NCBI GenBank assembly: GCA_038060895.1
Contig: JBBTCT010000035.1
Location: forward strand, 44,891-95,109
Length of the DNA: 50,219 nt
Direction of reading: 5' to 3'
DNA from: Planctomycetota bacterium
Lineage (GTDB): Bacteria > Planctomycetota > MHYJ01 > WSZJ01
The notes below the pieces were generated by a model, which searched no databases, was not told the DNA's origin, and saw only the letters and a program-made list of their open reading frames with translations. Numbering within the stretch: the stretch's first letter is position 1; every line of letters starts with the position of its first letter. Shown piece after piece: positions 9,607 through 19,448 of this stretch. A program made the position numbers and the translations under genes.

Positions 9607-11127
9607 CTATCGCCCGGGCGCGCCGGCCAGCAACTGGTTGAGCGCCTCGCGGACAAGCTCCGGGCCGAACGGTTTCTGGAGGAAGCGAACCCCGGGACGG
9701 TTCAGGATGTCGGGCCCGAGGTCGTCCTTGGCGTAACCGGACATGAAGAGCACGGGCAGCAACGGGTCGCGCTGCCAGAGGCGTTCGGCGAGTTCACGGC
9801 CTCCCATGACGGGCATGACCAGGTCCGTGACGAGCGCGTTCGCGGCACGCGCGGACTCTTCGAGCGCCTGCAGCGCCAGCTTCCCGTCCGGCGCTTCCAG
9901 CACGTCGTACCCGGCTTCGCGGAGCGTGGCGGTGACGATGCGGCGGACTGAAGACTCGTCTTCGGCCACGAGGACGAGGGGGCGCCCTGTGGGTGGGCGC
10001 GTGATCGAAGTGCCGGGAGGGTCGATGGCCGCGGGGCTGGATTCGCGGGCCGCGGGAAACAGGAGCGAGAAAATGGAGCCCTTTCCCGGCACGCTCTCCG
10101 CCGTGATGTGTCCGCCGTTCTGCTTCAGGATTCCGTAGCAGGTGGCGAGACCAAGCCCGGCGCCGTTCCCGATTGTTTTCGTGGTGAAGAACGGTTCGAA
10201 GAGATGCTCGAGGACTTCGGGGGGCATGCCGGTCCCGGTGTCCGAGAGGACCACGCGCACGAACTCCCCGGCCTGGGTCGCGCGCTCCGTCCGGATCGTG
10301 AGGGTTCCGCCTGCCGGCATTGCGTCGCGTGCGTTCGTGGCAAGATGGAGAAGCACGTCTTCGAATTGCGCGGGGTCGATCCAGAGCGAGGGAAGTTCAG
10401 CGGCCATTTCCGTGCGAAGCAGGACGCCGTTGCTCAGGGTCCCCGCAAGCCGGTCGCGCATCTTCTCAAGCAGGACGTTGGCGTTCACCGCCTGCGGCCG
10501 CGCGCTCTGCTTTCGCGCGAACCCCAGCAGCGCCCGCACCAGTCCCGCCGCGCGTGTCGCCGATTCCCGGATCGGGTCCAGATCCTGGCGGGCTTCCGGG
10601 ATCCGCCTCCCGAGCCCGTCGGCATACCCCAGGATCACCGTCAGCATGTTGTTCAGCTCGTGCGCCACTCCGCCCGCCAGCCGCCCGACGCTCTCAAATT
10701 TATCGGCTTCCTGCGCCTTCGCTTCGAGCCGCTTCAGCTCCGTGATGTCCTCCACCATCGCCTGCCACCCGCGACGTCCGTCCAGCGCGATCGGCTCCAG
10801 GCTCAGCCGGGCGAGGTAGTGGGAACCGTCTTTGCGCTTGAAGAGCACCTCGTGCTGTCGGAGGAAACCCTGGCTTCGCGCGAGGGCCAGCGCGCGGTCG
10901 CGGTCGTCGTTCGAGGCGTACAGCGCGGCGACGTTGCCGATTTTCTGGATGTCCTCCCGCGTGTATCCGCCGGGCCGCATCATCGCTTCGTTGTAGGCGA
11001 GAAGCGTCCCGCGCTCGTCCGCGACCCCCAGCCCGACGGGGGAGTTCTCAAAGAGCGTCCGGTACCGGGCTTCGCTCTCGCGAAGCGCGCGTTCCGCGGC
11101 GGATTCGGGATCTCCTGATGCGGTCAT
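9607..11127 (-). CDS. PAS-domain hybrid sensor histidine kinase/response regulator (CckA-like architecture)
   Basis: PAS, H-box AHELNN, NARDAM, DTGTGM, FEPFFTTK, GAGLGL, receiver VAEDE...TDLVMP...KPF. Confidence 0.93.
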   Translation of the reverse strand: MTASGDPESAAERALRESEARYRTLFENSPVGLGVADERGTLLAYNEAMMRPGGYTREDIQKIGNVAALYASNDDRDRALALARSQGFLRQHEVLFKRKDGSHYLARLSLEPIALDGRRGWQAMVEDITELKRLEAKAQEADKFESVGRLAGGVAHELNNMLTVILGYADGLGRRIPEARQDLDPIRESATRAAGLVRALLGFARKQSARPQAVNANVLLEKMRDRLAGTLSNGVLLRTEMAAELPSLWIDPAQFEDVLLHLATNARDAMPAGGTLTIRTERATQAGEFVRVVLSDTGTGMPPEVLEHLFEPFFTTKTIGNGAGLGLATCYGILKQNGGHITAESVPGKGSIFSLLFPAARESSPAAIDPPGTSITRPPTGRPLVLVAEDESSVRRIVTATLREAGYDVLEAPDGKLALQALEESARAANALVTDLVMPVMGGRELAERLWQRDPLLPVLFMSGYAKDDLGPDILNRPGVRFLQKPFGPELVREALNQLLAGAPGR

Positions 11128-11246
11128 GCGCGGGGGATCATGTTCATGGGCGTGATGTTATCTGCGCGAGGGGCGAGGTAACAAGCAAGGCCGACATGCC
11201 AGGGCGGGTGAGTTCAGGCGGCCTCAAATGCCGCCGAAATCGGCGT

Positions 11247-13013
11247 TCATTCGGGTGCCCGATCGAGCGGCGGTACGCCTGCCCGCCGGCAGATTTCGAG
11301 CATATCTTCGGAAATGCGCTTCACCGTCCGGGTGTCCGCCAGGTCGATGAGCCGCGTGGCTCCCTCGTTCCACGCAACGCGCGCTTCGTCGATTCTCCCC
11401 CGGTCCGCAAGGAGGCACGCCAGTCGAAGCTGCGTCAGGCCCGCGTCACGCAGGTTCTGCACCTCCCCGTGGATCCGGTAGGCTTCGCGGTACATCGATT
11501 CCGCCGCCTCCGGCCGCTTCGTGAAAACGAAAACTTCCGCCAGTCCCATGAGGTCCATTCCCTCGTGCCGCCGATTGTGTGTTTCGCGGTGAAGCGCGAG
11601 GGCGTGCCCGTAGGAGGTCTCGGCGCTCGCGTAGCGTCCGGTGTCGCGGTAGAGGCCGGCGAGGTTGCCCAGCGCCATTCCCTCCCGCCGGCGGTCTCCC
11701 AGGGGGCGCAGGATGTCGAGGGCCTGCCCGTACAAGGACTCCGCTTCTTCGAGCTGGCCGGCATCACGGAGGAGGTTCGCGAGGTTGACGAGGGTGAGTC
11801 CCTCGGAAGCGCGGTTGCCCGTTTCACGGTGGATGGCGAGAGCTTCACGCTGGGTCCGTGCCGCGGCCTCGGCGCGGCCCGATCCGCGGTAAACGTTGGC
11901 GAGGTTTCCAAGCATGATTCCCTCGTATGTCCGGGCGCCGGTTTCGCGGAGGATCGCCAGCGCCTTCTCGTAGAGGTTTTCCGCCTCGAGGAGGCGACCG
12001 GTGTCCGTGTTGAGGCTGGCGAGGTAGCCCAGCACGAGGCCTTCCCCGCGGCGTTCCCCGACCGCGCGATGAACCACCATCGCCTGCTCGTAGAGCTGCC
12101 GGGCCGCTTCGACTTCCCCCCGGTCCGCGAGGAGGTTTCCGATGTTTGCGAGCGTCGATCCCTCGTTCCGGCGGTCGCCGGATTCTCGCTCCAGGACGAG
12201 CGCGGCCCGCAGCGTGTCTTCCGCCAGCTTCGCGCGCGCCGTTCCCCGGTAGACGTGCGCCAGGCCTGCCAGCGCCACGCCCTCCCTGCCCCGGTCGCCG
12301 GAACGGCGCACGATGGAGAGCGCTTCATTGTGAAGTTCCTCCGCGCGTTCCATGCGCCCCGTGTGAAGGAAGACGGCTCCCAGGTTCATCACCGCCATTC
12401 CCAGGGCGCGAGCGTCGTCCGAGTCACGCAGCAGAACCAGCGCTTCCTCGAGCAGGCGCTCCGCCTCCGGAAGCCGCCCTAGGTTCTTGAACACCATTCC
12501 CAGGTCCACGGTCGCGATCGCCGTCAGCCGGGGATGGTGGCAGGTCCGAAGCGCGTCGACGGCGCTTTCGAGAAGCTCCCGGGCCGCATCCGTCCGTCCT
12601 GCGCGGTTCGCCGACACGCCGGCCCGGCGAAGCGCTTCACCCCGCTCCAGTCCGCTCGACTCGGCTGCGTGGCGGCGCCACAGTCGTTCGGACACGTCGC
12701 CGCGGTCATTCCGGTCGGCGTTCGCGGCCGCCCTGCGGCGGTACCAACCTGCCAGCGCGCGGTCCTCGCTCGATGAAGACAGCGCCGCATGCTCGGAGAG
12801 TTCCTCCGCAACAGCATCCGCCGGGTGAGGCGTCAGGGACTGAGCCCCGGGCGCGTCGATGGCGCCCGGCTCCGGCGCGCGTCCGCCGCACATCCGCTCG
12901 ATTGCCGCGAAAGCGAGCCCGTGGAGCCGCGCGCGGTCGCCGGGAAGCTGAAGCTGATAGGCAGCGTCGCGCAGGAGCACGTGCCTGAAGAGGTACGCCG
13001 TTTCAGCGCCCAG
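11247..13013 (-). CDS. Stand-alone FRH-motif TPR protein, copy 2 (probable CTG start)
   Basis: CTG-GGC-GCT-GAA-ACG-GCG-TAC-CTC-TTC-AGG-CAC aligns to MNAETSYLFRH of copy 4; SD AGGAGG upstream; TPR repeats. Confidence 0.85.
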   Translation of the reverse strand: MGAETAYLFRHVLLRDAAYQLQLPGDRARLHGLAFAAIERMCGGRAPEPGAIDAPGAQSLTPHPADAVAEELSEHAALSSSSEDRALAGWYRRRAAANADRNDRGDVSERLWRRHAAESSGLERGEALRRAGVSANRAGRTDAARELLESAVDALRTCHHPRLTAIATVDLGMVFKNLGRLPEAERLLEEALVLLRDSDDARALGMAVMNLGAVFLHTGRMERAEELHNEALSIVRRSGDRGREGVALAGLAHVYRGTARAKLAEDTLRAALVLERESGDRRNEGSTLANIGNLLADRGEVEAARQLYEQAMVVHRAVGERRGEGLVLGYLASLNTDTGRLLEAENLYEKALAILRETGARTYEGIMLGNLANVYRGSGRAEAAARTQREALAIHRETGNRASEGLTLVNLANLLRDAGQLEEAESLYGQALDILRPLGDRRREGMALGNLAGLYRDTGRYASAETSYGHALALHRETHNRRHEGMDLMGLAEVFVFTKRPEAAESMYREAYRIHGEVQNLRDAGLTQLRLACLLADRGRIDEARVAWNEGATRLIDLADTRTVKRISEDMLEICRRAGVPPLDRAPE

Positions 13014-13218
13014 ATTCTGTCCCCTCCTGTTCGGGCTCCGTTCCGAGCCGGTCCCAGAACCAGACGGCGACTACGCCGGTAGACTTGTCGCATGAGTGGC
13101 TGATCGAGACGAGCTGGCGCGGATCGAGACGGTTGGCGAAGAGCATCGCCTGACCGAACAGCGTCTGCCAGGATTCCGTCGTGGATTCAAAATGCCTGAA
13201 CTTCAGCAGCGGTTTCAT
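13003..13218 (-). CDS. Small hypothetical protein (71 aa)
   Basis: Protein-like composition (SWQTLFGQAMLFANRL...VSISHS...VVAVWFW); stop overlaps the start of the next gene. Confidence 0.6.
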   Translation of the reverse strand: MKPLLKFRHFESTTESWQTLFGQAMLFANRLDPRQLVSISHSCDKSTGVVAVWFWDRLGTEPEQEGTESGR

Positions 13219-13374
13219 CGTTGCGGAACCTCCAATCGGTTTCGGCCAGCGTGGCGGTCAGGAATCCTATCCGGTGCGCAGGGACGTTTGCACGAGCCGG
13301 TATTTCTCGCGGTTGCGAAACCACCGGCAATCATGGAAGCTGCGCGGCCTGCCACCCCAACCGGAGTTCTCCCC

Positions 13375-14898
13375 ATGCCTCGTCTGCTCCTGGCCGTTCT
13401 GTTCGCCATCCTCGCAGTCCCCGTCCTCGCGCAGGACGCCTCTCAGCCGACGGGGAAGCGCGACCTGCTGATCGTGATCGACTGCTCGGGAAGCATGATG
13501 GGGGAGACCCCGGACGGGGTCGTGAAGCTCGATGCGGCCAAGAAAGTCCTCGGAAACCTGATCGAGAAGCTGTCTCCTGATCTGAATGCGGGCCTGCTCG
13601 CGTACGGCCACCGCGTGCTGGCGTCCGACCCCGGCACCTGCGCGGACATCGAGCTCGTCGTCCCCGTGGTCGCCACAGACAAGGCCCTGCTGGCAGGCAA
13701 AGTCCGCGCGCTCAAGGGAATGGGCCGGACGCCTATCGCCGCTTCGCTGACAAAGGCGGGCGAAATCCTCAAGGCTCTCGGGACCGACCGCGAGAAGTCG
13801 CTGATCTTCGTCACCGACGGCCTCGAGACCTGCGGCGGCGACCCGAAGGCCGCGGCAGCGGCGCTTCAGGCCCTCGGCATCAAGCTCGACTTCGTCGTCA
13901 TCGGCTTCGACCTCGCCGACTCGGAGGCGAAGGCCATCGCGGCGATTGCGGAAGCGGGAAAAGGGAAGTACATCGACGCGAAGAATGCGAAGGATCTGGA
14001 GGACGCTTTCAAGAAGGCGCACGAAGCGGTCGTGGTCAAGGCGCCAGAGGTGGGGAAGGGCGAGATCCTCGGCGCGGCGGGGCCGGGCGCTATCCAGATG
14101 GTCGGGCGCAAGGAAGGGGAGTTCCCGGTCGCGTCGGTGCTGGTTGCGAAACGGACGGACGAGGTGAAGGACCTGCCGCGCGGCGACGCGCACGGGCTCG
14201 TCTTCGCCGATTTCTTCGGCCTCGGGGTTCGAATCCGCGAAGTCGCGGACGGTTCCCCGGCGAAGAAGGCGGGGATCGAACCGGGCGACCTCGTCGTGCG
14301 CGCCGACGACGTCGCGATCACGTTCGCGAAACAGCTCACGGAGTTCCTTGCCGCGCCCGCCACCGCCGAGGACGCCGCGAAGCCCTGGCGCCTCAAAGTC
14401 GCCCGCTTCCCGCTAGCCACCGAAATTCTCAACCCGTGGATCGAGATCGACTGCCCGAAGCAGGAGGTCAATTCCGGCGACTACTACATCTTTCTTTCCG
14501 GCAGCAAGGGCTCCAACGACACCGGCATCGACGGCATCGACGCAAACGTCCTCAAGGCCACCGGAAGCTGGCTCTCGCCGTTGCGCTGGGCGATGCGCGT
14601 CGAGCCGAAGATGACCGTCGAAGTCCCGCTCAACACCGGCTTCCGATTCGTCGCCGGCCAGACGAAACACGAGGTCGAGGACGAAGTCCGCATCGTCGAC
14701 GACGTGCGCGGCGTCGAGATCCTGCGGTTTTCGGCCGCCTCACTCGGCAAGCTCGAGTGGGAGGACGCGCCCACCGTGATTTCGCTTCCGCCCGGCACGT
14801 ACACGATGGAGTGGCGGAGGCGCGAAGGGAAGACGTGGTTCGAGATCACGAAGGGGTACGCGTTTGACGGGAACAAACTGGTCGACGTGAAATTCTGA
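13375..14898 (+). CDS. Secreted VWA-domain protein with PDZ domain
   Basis: Signal peptide MPRLLLAVLFAILAVPVLA; MIDAS DCSGS, TPIA, VTDGLETCGGDP; PDZ GVRIREVADGSPAKKAGIEPGD. Confidence 0.88.
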   Translation: MPRLLLAVLFAILAVPVLAQDASQPTGKRDLLIVIDCSGSMMGETPDGVVKLDAAKKVLGNLIEKLSPDLNAGLLAYGHRVLASDPGTCADIELVVPVVATDKALLAGKVRALKGMGRTPIAASLTKAGEILKALGTDREKSLIFVTDGLETCGGDPKAAAAALQALGIKLDFVVIGFDLADSEAKAIAAIAEAGKGKYIDAKNAKDLEDAFKKAHEAVVVKAPEVGKGEILGAAGPGAIQMVGRKEGEFPVASVLVAKRTDEVKDLPRGDAHGLVFADFFGLGVRIREVADGSPAKKAGIEPGDLVVRADDVAITFAKQLTEFLAAPATAEDAAKPWRLKVARFPLATEILNPWIEIDCPKQEVNSGDYYIFLSGSKGSNDTGIDGIDANVLKATGSWLSPLRWAMRVEPKMTVEVPLNTGFRFVAGQTKHEVEDEVRIVDDVRGVEILRFSAASLGKLEWEDAPTVISLPPGTYTMEWRRREGKTWFEITKGYAFDGNKLVDVKF

Positions 14899-14905
14899 GA
14901 GTGGG

Positions 14906-14932
14906 GCGGTGGCTCCGGGGGCCGGCCACCGC
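14906..14932. terminator. GC hairpin just after the VWA gene (terminator or REP-like)
   Basis: GCGGTGGC...GCCACCGC 8-bp stem, no U tract. Confidence 0.4.
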
Positions 14933-15080
14933 TACCTCGCCCAGACGGCATCCCGGTTGACGGCGGCCAGGTTATTCTTGAGCCCTCTGAGCGTGAAATG
15001 ACGCCTGGATTCCTGGCGAATCGACCCCCCCGCGGCACTCTACCGGAAGACTTCGCCCGCGCGTCGCCTATCATTCCCGC

Positions 15081-16757
15081 GTGAACTCGGAATCGGCGTA
15101 CCTGTTTCGTCACGCCCTGCTGCGCGACGCCGCGTATCAGCTCCAGCTTCCCGGCGACCGCGCACGGCTGCACGCGCTGGCGTTCGGGCTGACCGAGGAT
15201 CTCCTCGGCGGCCGCGCCCCGGAACTGCCGCCGCTCGGCACGCCCCGGCAGGAGCGCTTCGAAACCCATCCGGCGGACGGCGTTGCCTTCGAGCTCGCGG
15301 AGCACGCGCGGTTGGCGATGGAAGGCGGCGCGGACGATCCACGCGCCCGATTGCCGGAGGCGCGGCGGCTCTACCTGCGGCGCGCCGCGGAATTCGCCCG
15401 GTCGAATTATCGCTTCGACTCTGCCGCGCAAGCCTGGCAGCTCCTGGCCGAACTCGTGACGGGCATCCAGAAAGGCGAAGCGCTTCGGCAGGCGGCGGAA
15501 GCAGCGAGCTTTCGAGGCCGGCCCGGGGCGGCCGCGCCGCTGTTCGAAAGCGCCCTTGTGCTGTTCCGCGAGTCGGGCGACCGGCGGCTCGAGGCCCTTG
15601 CTCTCACGAACATCGCGGGAATTCACCGGGCGGCAGGGCGCGTCGAGCCGGCGGAAAAAACGTTCGCGGAAGCGCTGGCCGTGCTGCGCACGCTGGGCGA
15701 CCGACAGCTGGAGGCCATGGTGCTGGGAGACCTCGCGACGCTCTTCGAGGACACCGGCCGGCTTGAAGACGCCGAGCGGACGATGGCGGCCGCGCTCGCC
15801 GTGCACCAGGAAGCCGGCGACGCAACCCGCGAGGGCATCGCCCTGGGCAACCTTGGTGTCGTCTACACCAAGCGAGGCCGCCTCGCCGACTCCGAGCGCG
15901 TCCTCCGCAAGTCCCTCGAAATCCACCGCGCCCTCGGCAACCGCCGCCAGGAAGGCATCACCCTCGGGCACCTCGCCTTCCTCATCCTGGAGTCGGGCCG
16001 CTTCCGCGAGGCCGCCGGGCTTTTTCATCTCACCCTCGCGATCCACCGGGAAGTCGGCAACCGCCGCGGCGAGGGCGACGTCCTCACAAACCTCGCTGAC
16101 ATCGAGCGTGCCGAGAGGCGCCCGCTTCAGGCGGAGGAGCTGTTCGTGAAGTCCCTCGCGATCCACCGCGATGTCGGCAACCGGCGCTCCGAGGGCCGCG
16201 TTTTCGGCAATCTCGGTCTCGTCTACGACGACCTGGGGCGGGAAGAGGACGCTGAGCGCGCCTACGAAGCGGCGCTTGCAATCCACCGCGAAGTGGGCAA
16301 CCGGCGCTCCGAGGGCATCACGCTGGGCAACCTGGCCAGCTTACGCGATTCGCAGGACCGGGACGCGGAGGCCGAGCGCCTCTGGCTTGAAGCGCTGGCG
16401 CTTCACCGTGCCGTAGGCAATCGCCGCTCCGAGTCCACGTCGCTCACGGGCCTTGCGCTCCTGAACGCGAAGACCGGCCGGGAGGAGGCCGCGGCGACGC
16501 TGATGGAGCAGGCGCTCGTCATCGACCGGACGCTCGTCAACCCCGCGCAGACCGGGACCCACCTCTGCCAGCTCGCGCGCGTCCTCGTCGTCACGCGGCG
16601 TGAGAAGGCGAAGCGGGCGTGGGAAGAGGGGATGGGCATCCTGAGGGAGGCGAAGAAGGAGAACGAAATCAGCAGCCAGGTGAGGCAGATGCGGGATCAC
16701 TGCGCGGCGAAGGGGGTGCCGGGTATTGGGGATCCGTCTCCGGCCCCGGGACCCTGA
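15081..16757 (+). CDS. Stand-alone FRH-motif TPR protein, copy 3
   Basis: GTG start, MNSESAYLFRHALLRDAAYQLQLPGDRARLH, TPR repeats; TATCAT 6 nt upstream. Confidence 0.88.
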   Translation: MNSESAYLFRHALLRDAAYQLQLPGDRARLHALAFGLTEDLLGGRAPELPPLGTPRQERFETHPADGVAFELAEHARLAMEGGADDPRARLPEARRLYLRRAAEFARSNYRFDSAAQAWQLLAELVTGIQKGEALRQAAEAASFRGRPGAAAPLFESALVLFRESGDRRLEALALTNIAGIHRAAGRVEPAEKTFAEALAVLRTLGDRQLEAMVLGDLATLFEDTGRLEDAERTMAAALAVHQEAGDATREGIALGNLGVVYTKRGRLADSERVLRKSLEIHRALGNRRQEGITLGHLAFLILESGRFREAAGLFHLTLAIHREVGNRRGEGDVLTNLADIERAERRPLQAEELFVKSLAIHRDVGNRRSEGRVFGNLGLVYDDLGREEDAERAYEAALAIHREVGNRRSEGITLGNLASLRDSQDRDAEAERLWLEALALHRAVGNRRSESTSLTGLALLNAKTGREEAAATLMEQALVIDRTLVNPAQTGTHLCQLARVLVVTRREKAKRAWEEGMGILREAKKENEISSQVRQMRDHCAAKGVPGIGDPSPAPGP

Positions 16758-16826
16758 AGATCTGCGGGCTCAGGCTGCGTCGGCCCGCGAAAGAACTCCC
16801 GATCACAAACCATCACCCGGACGACG

Positions 16827-18344
16827 TCATCGGCGTCCCGCCTCGAACAAGTCCGCCCCTGCCGCTTCGCACGCCTTCTTCATCGATGCACGCTTCGCGT
16901 CGAGATCCAGCGTGTCGCCCAGTTCGCGCAGGATCGCCGCGCCGGCGAGCCACTCGCCCCGCGCTTCGTCCGCGAGGCCGCGTTGGAGCAGCAGGAGCGC
17001 GTGGTCGCAGCGGTGCGTGCCCTCAAATCCACGGTTGCCGACCGCCCGGTGGATCGAGAACGCCTCCTGGAACATCCGCTCCGACTCTTCGTGCCTGCCG
17101 GCCGCTGAGAGCAGGCCCCCGAGATTGCCCAGGAGGATCCCCTCGGACCGGCGGTTGGCGACCTCGCGGTGAAGAGCCAGCGCTTGCCGCATGAAATTCT
17201 CCGCTTCAACCAGGTTTCCAGTCTGTTGGTGCAGCTGGCCGATGTTGCCCAGCGCGACGCCTTCGGAGCGCCGGTTGCCGATATCGCGGTGGATGGAGAG
17301 AGATTCATGGAAGAGCCGTGCGGCGTCTTCGGGACGGCCGGTTCTGGCAAGCTGGTTGCCGAGATTGCCGGCGATCAGGGCGAAGGCCCGCCGGTCCCCG
17401 ACGTCGCGGGTGATTTCGAGCGCACGGCGGTAGTCCCGCTCGGCCTCTTCCGCCCGCCCCGTGTCGGCGTAGAGCGCCGCCCGGTTTGCGAGGTGGTTTC
17501 CCTCCGTGCGGAGGTCGCCGTGCGCGCGGGCGTGCCGAATCGCCTCGTCGTAGCGGCGCTCCGCGACGTCGAAGTGGCCGAGATTGTGGTCGAGGTTCGC
17601 GCGGTTTCCAGTGACGATCGCGACGCGACGCTCGTCGGCGCACGCTCGCAGCAGCGCCAGCGCTTTTTCGAACGCCGTTTCTGCTTCGGCCATGCGGCCG
17701 AGGTCCTTGAGGAGAAGCGCCCGCCCGGCGAGCGCGCCGCCCTCGGCGTGGGGGTCGTTCATTTCGCAAAAGATCTCGAGCGTGCGGTCGTAGCAGCGCC
17801 GGGCGCGCTCGACCGAGCCGGTTTCGCGATGAAGGGTCGCGAGGCTGTGGGTCGCCATGCCTTCGCCGCGGCGGTTGTTCGCCCGGAGGTGGAGGACGAG
17901 CGCGCGACGATAGAGGAGGTCCGCCTGTTTCCAGCGCCCGGCGACGTGCGCGACGTCCCCCGCGCGTCGAAGGGCTTCGGCCCGCTCGCTTCCCGCTGTA
18001 ACTTCCGCTAGGCGCCGCCACAGCCCTTCAGCGGCGGCGTTCTGGAAAATCGTCTCCGCGAATTCCGCCCCGCGTCCCAGGTAGCGGCGCTGCACTTCCA
18101 GCCGCCCGGACAGCCGCGCGTGCTCCGCAAGCTCCCCCGCGAACCGGTCGGACGGATGCGCTTCCGGCCGGCGTCCGTCCATGGCGGCCAGCGGCGGAGG
18201 CTCAGGGGCCGCGCCGCCGCAGACGGATTCGATTGCCGTCACGGCCAGGTCATGCAGTCGCGCGCGGTTGCCGGGAAGCTGAAGCTGGTAGGCCGCATCG
18301 CGTAGAAGCGCGTGACGGAATAAGTAAGAGGTCTCCGCGTTCAT
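16827..18344 (-). CDS. Stand-alone FRH-motif TPR protein, copy 4
   Basis: MNAETSYLFRHALLRDAAYQLQLPGNRARLH, TPR repeats. Confidence 0.88.
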   Translation of the reverse strand: MNAETSYLFRHALLRDAAYQLQLPGNRARLHDLAVTAIESVCGGAAPEPPPLAAMDGRRPEAHPSDRFAGELAEHARLSGRLEVQRRYLGRGAEFAETIFQNAAAEGLWRRLAEVTAGSERAEALRRAGDVAHVAGRWKQADLLYRRALVLHLRANNRRGEGMATHSLATLHRETGSVERARRCYDRTLEIFCEMNDPHAEGGALAGRALLLKDLGRMAEAETAFEKALALLRACADERRVAIVTGNRANLDHNLGHFDVAERRYDEAIRHARAHGDLRTEGNHLANRAALYADTGRAEEAERDYRRALEITRDVGDRRAFALIAGNLGNQLARTGRPEDAARLFHESLSIHRDIGNRRSEGVALGNIGQLHQQTGNLVEAENFMRQALALHREVANRRSEGILLGNLGGLLSAAGRHEESERMFQEAFSIHRAVGNRGFEGTHRCDHALLLLQRGLADEARGEWLAGAAILRELGDTLDLDAKRASMKKACEAAGADLFEAGRR

Positions 18345-18345
18345 C

Positions 18346-18373
18346 GGGAGTGGGGAGTGTTGAGTGTGGAGAG
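18346..18373. repeat. Degenerate heptamer tandem repeat
   Basis: GGGAGTG GGGAGTG TTGAGTG TGGAGAG. Confidence 0.55.
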
Positions 18374-18376
18374 CCG

Positions 18377-19405
18377 CTACTTCCGCTCTTTCATCTCTGC
18401 GAGGAGCTCGTCCACCGCTTCATCCATCGCCTTGTCGCGCACCCCGATGAATCGGATCACTCCCTTCGCATCCAGCACATAGATCGTGGGCCAGCCGCGC
18501 ACGCCCCACTTCGTGGCGATCGGACCGTTGATCGATCCGCCGTCGAACATGACCGGCCACGTGAGCTTCTCGCGCTTCGCCGCGTCCGCCCACTTCTCCG
18601 GCGTCTCGTCGCTGTTGATGCCCAGCAGAGTGAACTTCTCGTCCTTCAGGCGCTTCACGAGCGACCGCTCGTGCGGATACATGCCTTTGCACGGGCCTCA
18701 CCAGTCGCCGAAGAAGTCGACGACGACGACGCGCCCCGCGAAGTCGGAGAGTTTCATCGCGCGGCCCTCGGGCGAAAGGCCGATGATCTCCGGCGCCGGC
18801 TTGCCGATCTGGAGTTCGTCCGGGTTGTGAACGTTCAGGTGCGCGTCGGCGAGCGCGGCGTAGGTCGTATAGCCCTGCTTGAGTTTGCCGAAGTCCTTCG
18901 CCAGGGCCTCGAAGAGCGGCTTTGCTTCGTCCGCTCCGCCGGCCTTCTTCACGCGAATGGCGTTCGCGAGCCCGGCCGCCGCACGGACCGCGTCGGGCCG
19001 GTCGGCCGCCATCAGCGCCGCCAGAAGCTCCGCGTGCTTTTCCTTCCGGAAGACGTAGTGCCATTCGGCAACCCGGGCGAGATCCTCAGCCTTCGGATAC
19101 TCCTTCAGGATCGCGTCCGCAAGCGCCGCCGCGGCGTCCTCCATGGATCCTTTGTCGTCCTTCACCCACCACGTGTTCTGCAGAAGCCAGAGCTTTGCCT
19201 TGAGGCTCACGACCGTTCCCGCGTGCTTCTTCGCCAACTCCTCGAATCCGGGCCGCAGCTCGGCGTAATTCTCTTTCCGTGGCTTCGCGGACGACTCGAA
19301 GCGCTTCTCGAGGTCCGCGAGGTCCTTCGCGGGATCGGCGCCGGCCTTCGAAGCGAAAACGAGAACGAGCGCCGCCGCGAAATACCGTCCCTGGAATTGC
19401 TTCAT
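18377..19405 (-). CDS. Exported TlpA/ResA-like thiol-disulfide oxidoreductase, selenoprotein (WUGPC)
   Basis: SD AAGGAG, signal peptide; VVVVDFFGDW-TGA(18698-18700)-GPC continues in frame into MYPHERSLV...GWPTIYVLDAKGVIR. Confidence 0.9.
18656..18673 (-). promoter_or_regulatory. Candidate bacterial SECIS hairpin
   Basis: CACGAGC-GGUC-GCUCGUG, loop 31 nt 3' of the UGA. Confidence 0.7.
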
Positions 19406-19448
19406 GGAAGTCTCCTTTCGGGAATCGGATCCTACCCTGCGCGGCGGT

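Noticed and set aside
15840-16440. 120-bp periodic repeats resembling a CRISPR array
   Set aside because: In-frame 40-aa TPR units; no unique spacers or cas genes.
8067-18344. Shufflon or DGR explanation for the shared TPR 5' ends
   Set aside because: The shared region is full of synonymous changes; no recombinase, reverse transcriptase or adenine-specific TR/VR pair was seen in the window.
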